64,000 nucleotides of DNA from Candidatus Fervidifonticultor sextus (lineage in GTDB: Bacteria; Sysuimicrobiota; Sysuimicrobiia; Sysuimicrobiales; Humicultoraceae). Both the position numbers and the translations under genes were made by a program. The notes below the pieces were generated by a model that was not told the origin of the DNA, did not search any database, and saw nothing but the letters and a program-made list of their open reading frames with translations. How positions within the stretch are numbered: the first letter of the stretch is position 1; each line of letters starts with the position of its first letter. The stretch lies in the NCBI GenBank assembly GCA_031459875.1, contig JAVKHQ010000004.1, forward strand, positions 1 through 64,000. The letters are read 5' to 3'. This document shows, one piece after another, positions 1 to 10,600 of this stretch.

Positions 1-796
1 GTCCCGCCATCACCACCCCGGGCCCCACGGTCACGCTGCCGGCGAGGCCACACAGCGCCGCGATGACGGTCCCTTCGCCGATCACCACGTTGTGGGCCAC
101 CTGGACGAGATTGTCGATCTTCGTCCCGCGGCCGATGCGGGTCTCACCCAGCGTCGCGCGGTCGATGGTGGTGTTGGCGCCGATCTCCACGTCGTCCTCG
201 ATCACCACGCGGCCGACGTGCGGGATCTTGAGGTGCACGCCATCCTCGGTGGCATACCCGAAGCCGTCGCTGCCGATGACGGCGCCGCTGTGGACGACGA
301 CGCGGTCGCCGAGCACGCAGTCGGGGTAGAGCGTCACGTGCGGATAGAGGATACAGTCGGCGCCCACGCGGACCCGCGCGCCGACGGTCGTTCCGGCATG
401 GAGCACGGTGCGCTCGCCGATCGTGGCTCCCGCCTCAACCACGACGCAGGGCCCGACCGTCACCCCGGGACCCACCTGTGCGTCGGGGTGGACGACCGCG
501 GTGGGGTGGATGCCGGGCCGGACCGGCGTCGGCGGGGCCAGAGCCGCCAGCGCGCGAGCGAAGGCCGCGCGCAGGTTGCCGGCCCGCAGCGCGGGCTTCA
601 CCGTCGCCGGCGCCCCGGCGCCGACCAGCAGGGCGCCGGCCGGCGAGGCCTCGGCCGCCGGCAGACGCCGCGTGTCGGCCACCATCACCAGGGCATGGGG
701 GTGGGCATGCTCCAGGTCGGCGACGGCCGTGATCTCGACCTCGCCGTCCCCCGCCAGCTCCGCCCGCGACAGCTCCGCGAGTCGCGCGAGCTTCAT
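1..796 (-). CDS. lpxD: UDP-3-O-(3-hydroxyacyl)glucosamine N-acyltransferase (runs off the window edge)
   Basis: Manual translation from ATG 796: MKLARLAEL...GIHPTAVV, hexapeptide repeats, [40 protein letters not shown]. Confidence 0.95.
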   Translation of the reverse strand, partial: MKLARLAELSRAELAGDGEVEITAVADLEHAHPHALVMVADTRRLPAAEASPAGALLVGAGAPATVKPALRAGNLRAAFARALAALAPPTPVRPGIHPTAVVHPDAQVGPGVTVGPCVVVEAGATIGERTVLHAGTTVGARVRVGADCILYPHVTLYPDCVLGDRVVVHSGAVIGSDGFGYATEDGVHLKIPHVGRVVIEDDVEIGANTTIDRATLGETRIGRGTKIDNLVQVAHNVVIGEGTVIAALCGLAGSVTVGPGVVMAG

Positions 797-823
797 GGGC
801 GCTCCCCTCGGGCCTGCACGGCG

Positions 824-1246
824 CTACTTGAGGCGGTCGATGACGTCCTGGGTGATGTCGACCGCCGCGCCCGGCCTCGTCCAGATCACCGGTCCTTTCA
901 CCAGCACCCCGCGCAGGCGCTTCGCCCGGACGACCTGCTGGATCGCCTCCCGGACTTCCCGGTTGAGGGTTTCTTCCAGTTCTGCCCGGAGACCCTGCAG
1001 TTCCCGCAGGTACTGCAGCTGGCGCGCCTCCAGGTCCTCCCTGGACAGCCGGGTTGCCAGCAACTGGAGGTCGGCCGCCATGGCCCGCTCGCGATCGTCC
1101 AGCTCCTTCTGGTAGCGCAGCGCCTTGGCACTCTCGGTGAGGATCCGCCGACTGTCCACCAGGCCGACCCGGCCGACCGTGCACCCCGCACCGGCCACCA
1201 CCAAGGCGACGAGCAGCATGGCTGTGGAGACTTGCCGGGACGTCAT
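824..1246 (-). CDS. OmpH/Skp-family periplasmic chaperone (possible lipoprotein)
   Basis: VGLVD N-terminal strand, coiled coil, C-terminal VDITQDVI; AGC lipobox-like; directly upstream of lpxD. Confidence 0.8.
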   Translation of the reverse strand: MTSRQVSTAMLLVALVVAGAGCTVGRVGLVDSRRILTESAKALRYQKELDDRERAMAADLQLLATRLSREDLEARQLQYLRELQGLRAELEETLNREVREAIQQVVRAKRLRGVLVKGPVIWTRPGAAVDITQDVIDRLK

Positions 1247-1280
1247 GCCAGGACCACCATTCCCGTCGGGAGGCCTGCGG

Positions 1281-2414
1281 TCAGGATCGCCTGAGCCTGG
1301 CCATCACCGCCTGGGTGAGATCCACCGCGCCCGGATGGGCCACCGTATTCGTGAGGACCGCGTCGACCCTGTGCTCCTGCGCGACGGCGGCGATCTCGAT
1401 CCTGATCTCCGCGATCATGCTGTCCTCCAGGCGCAGGCGCTGCTGGGTGAGGGCCTCCAGCTCCCTGCGCAACCGCACCCCTTCGACTTCGAGTTGTCGC
1501 GCGTACCGTTCCTGCGCCGCGCGGATCTGCGCCTGGGCTCCGCTCACGAGGATCTGGCGCCGGGCCTCCATGGCCGACCGCAGCGTCTCCTCGCGGGAGC
1601 GGACGGCCGCCTCGAACTCCGCCTTGGCCTCGGCCTCCTTGGCCCGAATGCGGGCATTGGCCTCCTCTTCCACCGCCGCGACCAGCGCCTTGAACCTGGC
1701 CTCGGCCTCGGCGATCTTCGCCTGCTGGAACTCCTGGAGTTGCTTCTCCAGGGCCTGCGCCTTCGCCCGGATCTTCTCGTCGCGCTCTTTCTGGATGCGG
1801 TCGGCTTCCTGGGTGAGCCGCCTGGCCTCCTCTTCGTTGGAGATGCCGACCACATCGGCCTTGAGGCGCAGGTTGACCAGCGGAATGCGGTACTCGGCCA
1901 TGGTCGCCAGCTCGAACTTCTCCAGTTCCCGCTGCACCTCGTCCCGCCGCGCCTCGATGACCTTCTGGAGTTCGAGGTTGGCGGCCCGCTGCCGCTCGGC
2001 CAGGGTGGCTTCCCCTTCGGCATTGAGATCGCTGGCGAACGCCTCGATCCGCCGCCGCATCTGCGCCTGCAGCTCGTCCAGTTCGGCATGCAGCGAGGCC
2101 CGCAGGCGGTCGGCTTCCGCCTGCAGATCCACGTCTGCCGTCGCCCCCGAGACGTCGGGCGGCGGCGGCGGGCTGGCCAGCCGGAACTGGACGACCTCGA
2201 TCTTCCGGATCAACGCCTCGAGTTCGGGCCACCGCCGGTGGGCCCGGAGGAGGGCCTTGAAATCCACAACGCCGACCCGAAACCCGGATGCGGTGACGAC
2301 CACCTGCGGCCCGGGCGTGGACGCCGGCGCCGGTGAACCCGTCCGCGGCCGGCACCCGGCAAGGGTGACGGTCGCGAGCAGGAGGAACCCGGCGGCCAGG
2401 CGATGCCCCATCAC
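1281..2414 (-). CDS. Elongated OmpH/Skp-like lipoprotein with long coiled coil
   Basis: LAGC lipobox; VGVVDF...HRRW start and AVDLTQAV end motifs of Skp flanking about 250 aa of coiled coil. Confidence 0.7.
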   Translation of the reverse strand: MMGHRLAAGFLLLATVTLAGCRPRTGSPAPASTPGPQVVVTASGFRVGVVDFKALLRAHRRWPELEALIRKIEVVQFRLASPPPPPDVSGATADVDLQAEADRLRASLHAELDELQAQMRRRIEAFASDLNAEGEATLAERQRAANLELQKVIEARRDEVQRELEKFELATMAEYRIPLVNLRLKADVVGISNEEEARRLTQEADRIQKERDEKIRAKAQALEKQLQEFQQAKIAEAEARFKALVAAVEEEANARIRAKEAEAKAEFEAAVRSREETLRSAMEARRQILVSGAQAQIRAAQERYARQLEVEGVRLRRELEALTQQRLRLEDSMIAEIRIEIAAVAQEHRVDAVLTNTVAHPGAVDLTQAVMARLRRS

Positions 2415-2863
2415 TGCCCCTTGATCTGCTTGATGACCGCCCCGGTGAGATCGGTGCCACCGTAGAGCACGACCGACCGGTCCAACACCACGGTCACGCC
2501 CGCCTGCTTGGCCACGATCTCCACCGCCGCACGAATCTCCCTGTCCAGTCCGCTGAGGAGCTCCGTCCGCTTCTCCAGGATCTGTTGTTGGAGTTGACGG
2601 TCCAGCTCCTGGCGCTGCAGCGGCGTCATGGTCTTGCTCCGCTCCTGGAATTCACGCTGTTTGGCCTGGACGAACTCCTGGAGCGCCCGCTCCGAACTCG
2701 CCTTCCGTGGGTGGCTGTCGAGCGCCCGCTGCATCTCCACATAGCCGACCGAGAACGACTGTCCCAGCGCCGGCGTCACCCGCGGAGCCGCCAGCGCGAG
2801 GCCCACCCCCATGATCACCGCCAGCCCGACGGCGACGGCAATCTTCCGTGCGTCAATTCCCAT
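2411..2863 (-). CDS. skp: OmpH/Skp-family chaperone
   Basis: Signal peptide, SVGYVEMQRALDSHP, VVLDRSVVLYGGTDLT. Confidence 0.88.
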   Translation of the reverse strand: MGIDARKIAVAVGLAVIMGVGLALAAPRVTPALGQSFSVGYVEMQRALDSHPRKASSERALQEFVQAKQREFQERSKTMTPLQRQELDRQLQQQILEKRTELLSGLDREIRAAVEIVAKQAGVTVVLDRSVVLYGGTDLTGAVIKQIKGQ

Positions 2864-2941
2864 GCCTCCGACCTCCCCGCCTGCGTCCCGATTTCCCCAT
2901 CCGTGCCGGACACAGGCTCATTGTAGCGTACCGTGTCAACG

Positions 2942-4183
2942 CTACAGGTTGCCCACCATGCGCAGCCAGTAGATCCCTCGCGACGTGGCCACCCCTTCCC
3001 ACGAGAGGAATTCGTTGATGCGATAGGACAGGGTGGTCTCGATCACGTCGGTGGACGACTCGAAGGCTCCGCGAAGCTGGAGGTCGGGCGAGAGCCGGTA
3101 GGTGACCATCGACTCGATCCCTCCTCCGGTGAGGCTGGCGGCGGCGCCGACGGTCAACTGGGTCCCCAACTCGAACCGGACGCCGGCGGCCCACGACACC
3201 GCCAGCGTCGATGGGACCAGCGTGGCCTGCAGGAACGGCTCCAGCGACCCGTAGGCACGCCCGAACTGGACCCGGACATCGGCGGGGGGAGCCTGCGTGC
3301 CGAAGTTCAGCCTGGCCTCGAACCGGGCGCGATACACCGTCGAGTCGGCCAGCACGGTCACGTAGGTCACTTCGCCGATCTGCAGCGTCGGCCTGGCGAC
3401 AATGCCATACCAATGGGCCGGCGGATAGGCTTCCAGGCGGCGGGCCAGCAGCGCCTCCAGCCGGGCCCGATGGGCCGACGCAAAGGCGACCGGCAGCCCG
3501 CGCAGCGGTTCGGCCATGGAGGCCACCTGGGGCGCATGCCGGTCCAACAGCGTGTTCGGGATGGAGGTGGAGCGGAACCGGATCCCGATATCGCGGATCA
3601 CGCGCGCGTCGCGCGAGGCGAGGATCAACGCGATGCGGGGCGGGGTGACCTCGATGCGCGCGACGCCGGAGAACCCGTCGGCCGCGCCCTCCACAATCTC
3701 GATTACCTGTCGTGCCAGGATCGGGCCGGCCCACTCCAGGGCGTCGGCGGGGAGCCGCGCCGCCAGCCGGCCCAGGGCGGGCAGGGCGGGGTCGAGGGCC
3801 TCGCGCACCAGCGGCTGGGCATCGGGATGGACTCCCTGCAGGGTGAACGCGACCGGCATCTCCCCCAGGATCGGGGGAAGGGGCTGCAGCCGCGCCGTCA
3901 AGACGGTAGTGACCCCTGCTGCAAGCCCCATTTCCACCACGCGGTACCCGCGGACCACGCGGTCGGTGACCTCGCGGAGCACGCCGGTCAGCGCGGCTTC
4001 CTGGCGGGCTGCGACCTCGCTGTCCCGGCCGACCAGCAGGCGCTCGGCGGCCGAGCCGATGGACTCCAGGATCCGGCGGACCACCTGCGGGTGAGGGTCT
4101 CCGCCGTCGATGGCCAGTCGGACCTCGACACGCTGGATGGGATCTGCCGCCCGCGCCGGTGAGACCAGGGCGACCAGCACCAT
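2942..4183 (-). CDS. Hypothetical exported/outer-membrane protein
   Basis: Signal peptide (ARA-AD); C-terminal alternating beta-strands; located between bamA and skp. Confidence 0.65.
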   Translation of the reverse strand: MVLVALVSPARAADPIQRVEVRLAIDGGDPHPQVVRRILESIGSAAERLLVGRDSEVAARQEAALTGVLREVTDRVVRGYRVVEMGLAAGVTTVLTARLQPLPPILGEMPVAFTLQGVHPDAQPLVREALDPALPALGRLAARLPADALEWAGPILARQVIEIVEGAADGFSGVARIEVTPPRIALILASRDARVIRDIGIRFRSTSIPNTLLDRHAPQVASMAEPLRGLPVAFASAHRARLEALLARRLEAYPPAHWYGIVARPTLQIGEVTYVTVLADSTVYRARFEARLNFGTQAPPADVRVQFGRAYGSLEPFLQATLVPSTLAVSWAAGVRFELGTQLTVGAAASLTGGGIESMVTYRLSPDLQLRGAFESSTDVIETTLSYRINEFLSWEGVATSRGIYWLRMVGNL

Positions 4184-4236
4184 CCCCAGCAGCGGAAGGG
4201 CCCTCCAGCCGCGGGCGCGGGAGGCCGCGGCGCGGG

Positions 4237-6153
4237 CTAGAAGGGATGACCGATGGCGAACCAGGTCTGCGACCCCCCTGAGCCGGTCGCGTAGTCGATC
4301 CGGATGGCCCCGATCGGCGTGTTGAACGACAGACCGACGCCGTACCCGACCGTGGCGTTGGTCAGGATCGGCGCCGCGCCCGCGTCGATGAAGGCAATGC
4401 CGGTGAAGTCGCGGAGTTGGCGCGCGAGGCCGCCCAGCGGCACACGGTACTCGACATTGAGCAGGACCGCGCTGGAGCCCCGCAGGTATCCGAAGGGGAA
4501 GGCCCGGAGCGTCGAGGATCCCCCCAGGGTAAACTCCTCCTGGATCGGCAGGGTCCCGTGGCCGAAGCCCAGAAGCCCGCGACCCACCAGCACCCCTGAT
4601 CCGGCGGGCAGGTAGCGCGTGTACTCGCCGAGATACTTCCCGAAGCCGAACTCCCCGCCCAGGATCGGCAGCCCGACGTCGGTCGTGAGCGAGAGCCGGT
4701 CCCCCCTGGTCGGGGAGGTCTTAGGATCCCGGCGATCGCGGACGCCGGTGAGGGTCAGGCCCAGGGTCCGGCCAGGCGTGAAGTTCGGCGGCGGCGGACA
4801 GTTGGGGTCGCTCGGGCCCGTGCAGGGCGGGTCGCCGGGATTCCGCGGCAGCACGGTGATCTCGGTGCGTTCGGACCGCAGGCGCAGCGACAGCGTGGTC
4901 TGCGGGTCCAGGGGCCGCGCAAACGCCATGGCGCTGCCCAGGCGCTCCAGCGTGAACCGTGAGGCGGTGGTGCCGGCCACGTACCGCGCCTCGGTGGTCG
5001 TGGCCTGATAGAGCGCCACGTCCAGGCTTGTCCGGTGCACGTCCAGATGCGGTTCGCGGAAACTGAAGAGGAAGTTGGCGGGCGCGGGCTCGTTGGGCCT
5101 CGGCAGCCCGCGCTCGCCCAGCCCGCGCTCGAACCGGACGGTGAGTTGCTGGTTGCGCCCTTTCCAATTCCGCTCCCGGTACTCCAGCGTGCCCACGATC
5201 CCGGTCATGTCGCTGTAACCCAGCCCGAAGCGGGCTTCCTGCGTGCGCTGTTCCTTCACCTCGATCTCGACCACGACCTGTTCAGGCGTGCTCCCGGGCC
5301 GCGGACGGGCCTGGACGTTCTCAAAGAGTTCCAGGGCGAAGATCTCCTGCAGGTACCTGTTGAGGACGTTGATGTTCAACACGTCGCCGACCGCGAACGG
5401 CCGCCGGCGCTCCAGCACAAATGGCTGCGTCTTGGTCAGACCCTTGTACTCGATGGCCTCGATGCGGCCTTCGGCGATGCGCAGACGCAGGCGCGTCACG
5501 CCGTTGCCGGTCACCCCCACATCGGCCACCCGGGCCAGGACATAGCCGCGTTCCTCATAGAGCTTCTCGACCGCCCGGGCGCCGTCCCGGAGCCGGAGGG
5601 TGTTCAACACCTGCCCGATGGGGAGGTTGAGCGCCTGCAGGATCTCGGGGGTCCGGATCACGGTGTTGCCCTCCACCGCGATGTCGGCAATGACGGGGTT
5701 CTCGACGACCAGGAAGTTGACGCGGACCCCGTCGCGCAGCGGTTCGACGCGCACGGTGGCATCGGCAAACCAGCCGGTCGAGATGATGGCCGCCACATCG
5801 GCGCGCAGGCGCTCGTCGGACAACAGTTCGCCGGCGCGGACGCCGATGGAATCGCGCACCACCGATTCCGGCACGTGCTCCAGCCCGCGGACCGCGACCT
5901 CCACAATCGTCGGCGGGGGCGCGGGGGTCGGGGTCGGCCCGGGAGAGGGGGAGACGGCCGGCGAGGGCGACGGGGCCGGCGTCTGCCCCGGGGCGGGTGC
6001 CGGCGCAGGCGACGGAGAGGGTGCGGGCGGCGGCGATGGTGCGGGCGTCGGCTGGGCGCCCCCCAACACGGTCAGCGGGCCCAGCAGCGCGACGACGGCG
6101 ATCGCGGCTCCGAGGGTCACGCGGAGGCGCAGATGGACACGGGGTTGCAACAA
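4237..6153 (-). CDS. bamA: Omp85/BamA outer-membrane protein assembly factor
   Basis: Signal peptide, Pro-rich linker, POTRA repeats, ERNWKGRNQ, LGGSSTLRAF, TPIGAIRIDYA, terminal F. Confidence 0.9.
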   Translation of the reverse strand: MLQPRVHLRLRVTLGAAIAVVALLGPLTVLGGAQPTPAPSPPPAPSPSPAPAPAPGQTPAPSPSPAVSPSPGPTPTPAPPPTIVEVAVRGLEHVPESVVRDSIGVRAGELLSDERLRADVAAIISTGWFADATVRVEPLRDGVRVNFLVVENPVIADIAVEGNTVIRTPEILQALNLPIGQVLNTLRLRDGARAVEKLYEERGYVLARVADVGVTGNGVTRLRLRIAEGRIEAIEYKGLTKTQPFVLERRRPFAVGDVLNINVLNRYLQEIFALELFENVQARPRPGSTPEQVVVEIEVKEQRTQEARFGLGYSDMTGIVGTLEYRERNWKGRNQQLTVRFERGLGERGLPRPNEPAPANFLFSFREPHLDVHRTSLDVALYQATTTEARYVAGTTASRFTLERLGSAMAFARPLDPQTTLSLRLRSERTEITVLPRNPGDPPCTGPSDPNCPPPPNFTPGRTLGLTLTGVRDRRDPKTSPTRGDRLSLTTDVGLPILGGEFGFGKYLGEYTRYLPAGSGVLVGRGLLGFGHGTLPIQEEFTLGGSSTLRAFPFGYLRGSSAVLLNVEYRVPLGGLARQLRDFTGIAFIDAGAAPILTNATVGYGVGLSFNTPIGAIRIDYATGSGGSQTWFAIGHPF

Positions 6154-6207
6154 CCGATTCCTCCTTTGGCTGAGTGTGATCGTCTGCGGCCGGGCGACGC
6201 GACGGCG

Positions 6208-6873
6208 CTACTGGCTGGCCGATCGACGGAGCGAGCGTTCCGCCGCCAGGACGAGGTCGATCACCTCGGCCTCACTGAGCAGCGTGGGCGCAGGTGGCGT
6301 CACGGGCGTCACGGATGCGGGGACCGGTCCCGCCGGCGGCGGGACGACCGCGGCCGGGGGCGCGCCCGGTGACACAGCGGCCGCAGGCGCGGACACGGCG
6401 GGCGGCCTGGCTGGCGGCCTGTCGCGGGTCGCCTCGCGGACAGGCACGCGGACGACCACGGACCTGATCACTGTCCGCTCGACCACCAGGGGCTCCGGGG
6501 CCGGCGAGGGGATCGTGACCATCCGGAGCATCTGCCCGCTGGCGCCGGATAGCCGCACGATGGTCGGACCGTCGTGCGCATCGGCCACCGGCGGCGTCCG
6601 CATCGCCATCAGGGCCACGGCGCCGAGCATCGCCACGGCGACGCCCAGCCCTAGCGCAGCGGACCGCCACAGGGGGGGGCGAGGCCGCCTTCGGGCCGCA
6701 GCCAGCAGCACCGGGAGTCTGGCCTCCCGTGCCCGCTGCAATTCGGCCTCCGCCAGCATGAGGGTCAGCGCGCCGTGGGCCACCCGGCCGTCCTCGAGCT
6801 GCTGCCGGGCACGGTCGAGCCAGCCCTCTGCCAATGCAATCCGGTCGTGCAGGGTCGTCCTCCGATCGGCCAT
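6208..6873 (-). CDS. Hypothetical single-TM protein downstream of sigma factor (candidate anti-sigma)
   Basis: Helical N-terminus, one TM segment, Pro-rich C-terminus; RBS present. Confidence 0.6.
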   Translation of the reverse strand: MADRRTTLHDRIALAEGWLDRARQQLEDGRVAHGALTLMLAEAELQRAREARLPVLLAAARRRPRPPLWRSAALGLGVAVAMLGAVALMAMRTPPVADAHDGPTIVRLSGASGQMLRMVTIPSPAPEPLVVERTVIRSVVVRVPVREATRDRPPARPPAVSAPAAAVSPGAPPAAVVPPPAGPVPASVTPVTPPAPTLLSEAEVIDLVLAAERSLRRSASQ

Positions 6874-6902
6874 GGCCTCTCCCTCCAGCCGCAGCTCCAG
6901 TT

Positions 6903-7553
6903 CTAGTATCCGGATGCGCGCTGCGGCTGGTGCATGCCCTCCAGACCAAGCAGGGCGCGCAGGTGTTCGGTGGCCTGCTTCTGCAGACGGTAGAAGTGGG
7001 AGAGGCTGATGCGCAGGTCGTGGGCGATCCGCCGGGGCGGGGCCGCCTCCACCAGGGCGCGCAGCACCGCCCGCTCGCGCGGCGGGAGCTGCTCGATCAT
7101 GGCCAGCACGTGCTCCACGACGGCGCGGTCCTCAACGGCAGCCAGGATGGAGGCCGCCTCCGGGTCTGCCAGGCCGGCCAGGGGCGTGGACCCCTCTGTG
7201 GCGGTCAGGACCTGCTCCAGGGAGATGTCGGCGCGGATGCGGTCGAGGGCATTGAGCACCCGGCCGCGGATCCGGTACGAGGCGAAGGTCGAGAACCGCA
7301 CGCCGCGGTCCGGATCGAACCGCTCCACCGATTCGATCAGCCCCACGGCCCCCTCCTGGATGAGATCCATCACCAGCGCCTCGGGAGGGCGCAGCTGCAT
7401 CACGACCTTGAACACCAGCGGCTGATAGGCCTCGATGAGCCGCAGGCGGCTTGCGGCATCACCACCCTGGCGGTAGGCCTGCCACAGGACGGCTTCCTCG
7501 GCGGGGCGCAGCAGGACGACCTTCTGGAGTTCGCGCAGATAGTCTGCAAACAT
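6903..7553 (-). CDS. Alternative sigma-70 family RNA polymerase sigma factor
   Basis: YLREL region 1.2, DLIQEGAVGLIESVERFDPDRGVRFSTFA region 2, region 4 HTH. Confidence 0.9.
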   Translation of the reverse strand: MFADYLRELQKVVLLRPAEEAVLWQAYRQGGDAASRLRLIEAYQPLVFKVVMQLRPPEALVMDLIQEGAVGLIESVERFDPDRGVRFSTFASYRIRGRVLNALDRIRADISLEQVLTATEGSTPLAGLADPEAASILAAVEDRAVVEHVLAMIEQLPPRERAVLRALVEAAPPRRIAHDLRISLSHFYRLQKQATEHLRALLGLEGMHQPQRASGY

Positions 7554-7643
7554 TTCCGGGTCCCTCCGGCAGCATGCGGCCCGCCCGTCCGCAGGCCTAC
7601 GGTGAGACCGCTTCGACTCTCCGTTGTGAAGTCCTGTCGCGGG

Positions 7644-10600
7644 TCAGAACCGGGTGGTGTACCAGACCACGGCCTGACGATAGCCGAGGGAGTCGGCCTG
7701 GAGCGCAAGTTGCCACCCCCGCGCGAACCGGTACTCCAGCGCCCACAGCCAGCGCCCGACCTCTCCCTGGGACGCCGCGATGGACCTGGCCGTCAGGTAG
7801 AGGTTCGAGAGCAGCCGCTTGCCGATTCGCAGGCCGAGCGGCCGCTCGAAGTCGTAATCGATGGCGAACTCGCTCAGTCCCAACGCCCGGGCCACCGCGT
7901 CGGTCACCGGACCCAGGAGGCGCCGGCTCAATTCTGCCCGCAGCGCGGCGTTGATGTCCCCTGCCACAAGCCCGGTGATGCCAGCCTGAGAGCCCAGCAG
8001 CCGGACGATCTCTTCGCGCGGGAGATCGGGATCGGACCGCAGGTCCAGGGTCAGGGCATCCGGCGCGGTGCCGTGGACCATGAGCCGGATGGCCGTCGGC
8101 CCCACGGCGGTCTCCGCCCGCGCGGACACCACGGGGCGGAGCCCCATCGGGGGTCTGAAGGTCGCCGTTCCCTCCACCAAGTCGAAGGTATTCCCCAGGG
8201 CCGTCACCGTGCCGCGCTCGGCTTCGACGGTACCTTCCAGCCGTGGATCGCGCAGCGTCCCGGTCAGGACCAGCGACTCCTCGGGCTTGACGCCGAACCG
8301 GAGGGCCCCGACGCGCACGGAGAGATCCCGACCCGCCTGCAGCCGGAGGCTCTGGAAGACCAGGGGCAGGGCCGTCGCCTCGCGGCCCGCCAGCGGCGCC
8401 ATGGTGATGGTCCCCTCCGAGAGCGTGACCCCTCCGTCCACGGTCGGAGGCCGTCGGGGATCGCCGAGGGTGCCCCAGACGCGCAGCGTCCCGTCGAGGC
8501 GGGCATCCAGGACCGGGGGCACCGCCATCCGCACGCCGCTCCCCTGCAGCACCAGCGGCGCCTCGGGGGGGACGACCAGCGCCGGGGAAACCGGTGGGCC
8601 AAGTGCAAGACGCGTCTCACCGTCCAGGCGGACCTGCCCGCCGCCGATCCGGGCCGAGGCCTCGGCGAGCCGGATCGTCTGGTCCTCGAAGCGCAGCTGG
8701 AGGTTCAGCGTCTCGATGGGGGAAGCCAGCCCCCTCAGGCGCAGGTGCCCGTCGCGGACCTGGATCCCGCCCGACAGGCGCGGGGCCGCAGCGGTCCCGT
8801 TCACCCGCACCTCACCCTCCACGGCGCCCCGGGCCTCGTCGACACGATCGCTGACCAGGCGCAGCAACCCCAGGTTCACCTCGGCCAGCTGCAGGCGCAG
8901 ATCCAGCGGGCCCCGCTCGTCAAAGCGCCGCAGCGCAGGGTTGAAGGGCAGGATTCCGGAGGCCCGCAACCGGTGTCCGCCCTGGACCAGGAGGGCCTGG
9001 GACAGGTTCAGCACCCCGTCCTTATAGAAGGCGCCGGCGACCAGCGAGTCGAAAGTAGACCCCTCGACGCCGCCCCTGGCGATCTCCAGGTCGAGCCCGA
9101 TCTCGGGGGAGGCCAGCGTTCCGCCCAACTGCGTCGTGAAGTCGATGCGTCCGACCACCGGACGGCGGAACCCCAGAACCGGCCGGAGGAAGTCCAGATC
9201 CAGTTCCGACCCGCTGACCTCGACCTGGCTCTCGCCGCGCAGATCGAACCGTCCGGTGGCCGCCACGCGCCCCCGCGGCGGGCGCAGTTCGAGGGCCTCG
9301 ATGGTGACCGCGCCGTCGCGCAGCGTCAGGTCCACCTGCCCGCCGGCCAGGGCGTGGTCGCCGAAGCGGCCCGTGGAGAGGCGGAGGTCGAGCCGGGCCG
9401 CCGGATTCGCGAGCGATCCCTCAAGACTGGCGGTCCCCGACACGACGCCTTCCAACGGCAGCGCGAGTCGAGCCCCTCCCAGGGTGAGCAGCGTGGACAG
9501 CCGGCCTTCGTTCACCGTGGCATGCAGCGAGAGGCGCGGCGAATCCCGGAGGCCCACCTCGCCCGCAATCTCGTACCGTCCCTCGCCGAGCCGCAGCGCC
9601 AGCGGATCGAGCCGCAGCGCCCCGGCCTGCCACCGGATCGACCCGGAGGCCTCATCGAACCGCAGGCCGCCGATGGTGAGGTCGGAAGAGGCGGCGGCGA
9701 GCGCGAGCGCCGCCGACGCCGGCGGTCCGGTGATGCGCCCGGTCACGTCCACGGTGCCGTCCAGCCGCGCGAGGACCGGCGAGGGGACGGTCAGATCGCG
9801 AAGGCGCAGACCCCGCGCGGAGAGATCGAGGTCGAGCCCGGTGAGGCGGTCGTACCGGCCGGCCGCGCTGAGGACCGACTGGCCCCGAAGGAGCCGGCCG
9901 CCCTCGACCACCAGGAGGCGGCCGTCCCACCGAAAGGCCGCGCTGGCCTCGTCGATGGCCTGCCCCAGGACCTCCCCCTCGCGCACGGACACCGAGCCCC
10001 ATGCCGCCGGCCTGGCCGGGGGCCCCTCCAGACGCACGCGGCCGTCCACCGTCCCGGTGATCGCCACGGGGAGCCCGAAGGCCCTGCCAATGGTCGCGGC
10101 GGGAACACGGTCCGCCTCAAGGTCCAGGGCCAGGCGGAGTGCGGGCACCAGTCGGATGCTGCCTGAGGCCTGGTAGCGGGCGTGACCTGCGCGGACTCGT
10201 GCGTCCTGGACGTCGAGGGTGCCGCCGCGCCACGCGAACCGGCCGGAGGCGGTGTCGAATGCGAGAGGGCCGAGGAGGCCGCCCTGCATCTGGACGGCGC
10301 CGGCGACCCCGGGCGCCTCGACGGTCCCGCCGATGCGGGCGCTCACGTCCGCCGGGCCCGAGGCGAGATGCCGCAGCGGGGCCGCCGGCAGCGCCGCCAC
10401 CTCCGGCGCGCCCGCGTGCACCTCCAGGGAGAGCGGCCCGCGCCTCGGCACAGAGCCGCGGGCGGCCAGCCAGGCGCCCCCGCGCCGCGCCAGCGCGTGC
10501 TCCACGACCACGCCCGCGCCTCCATACCGGAACGACGCCTCGAGCCCGTCCAGGTCCAGTCCCCAGACGCGGACACCGCCGAGGCGGGCCTGCCCGGCGA

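Noticed and set aside
2920..2939. TTGACA plus TACAAT promoter for skp
   Set aside because: The spacer is only 8 nt, so the two elements cannot form one promoter.
5910..6060. Repetitive GC-rich tract as a repeat array
   Set aside because: It encodes the Pro/Ala/Ser linker of BamA; no CRISPR-like repeat-spacer structure here or elsewhere in the window.
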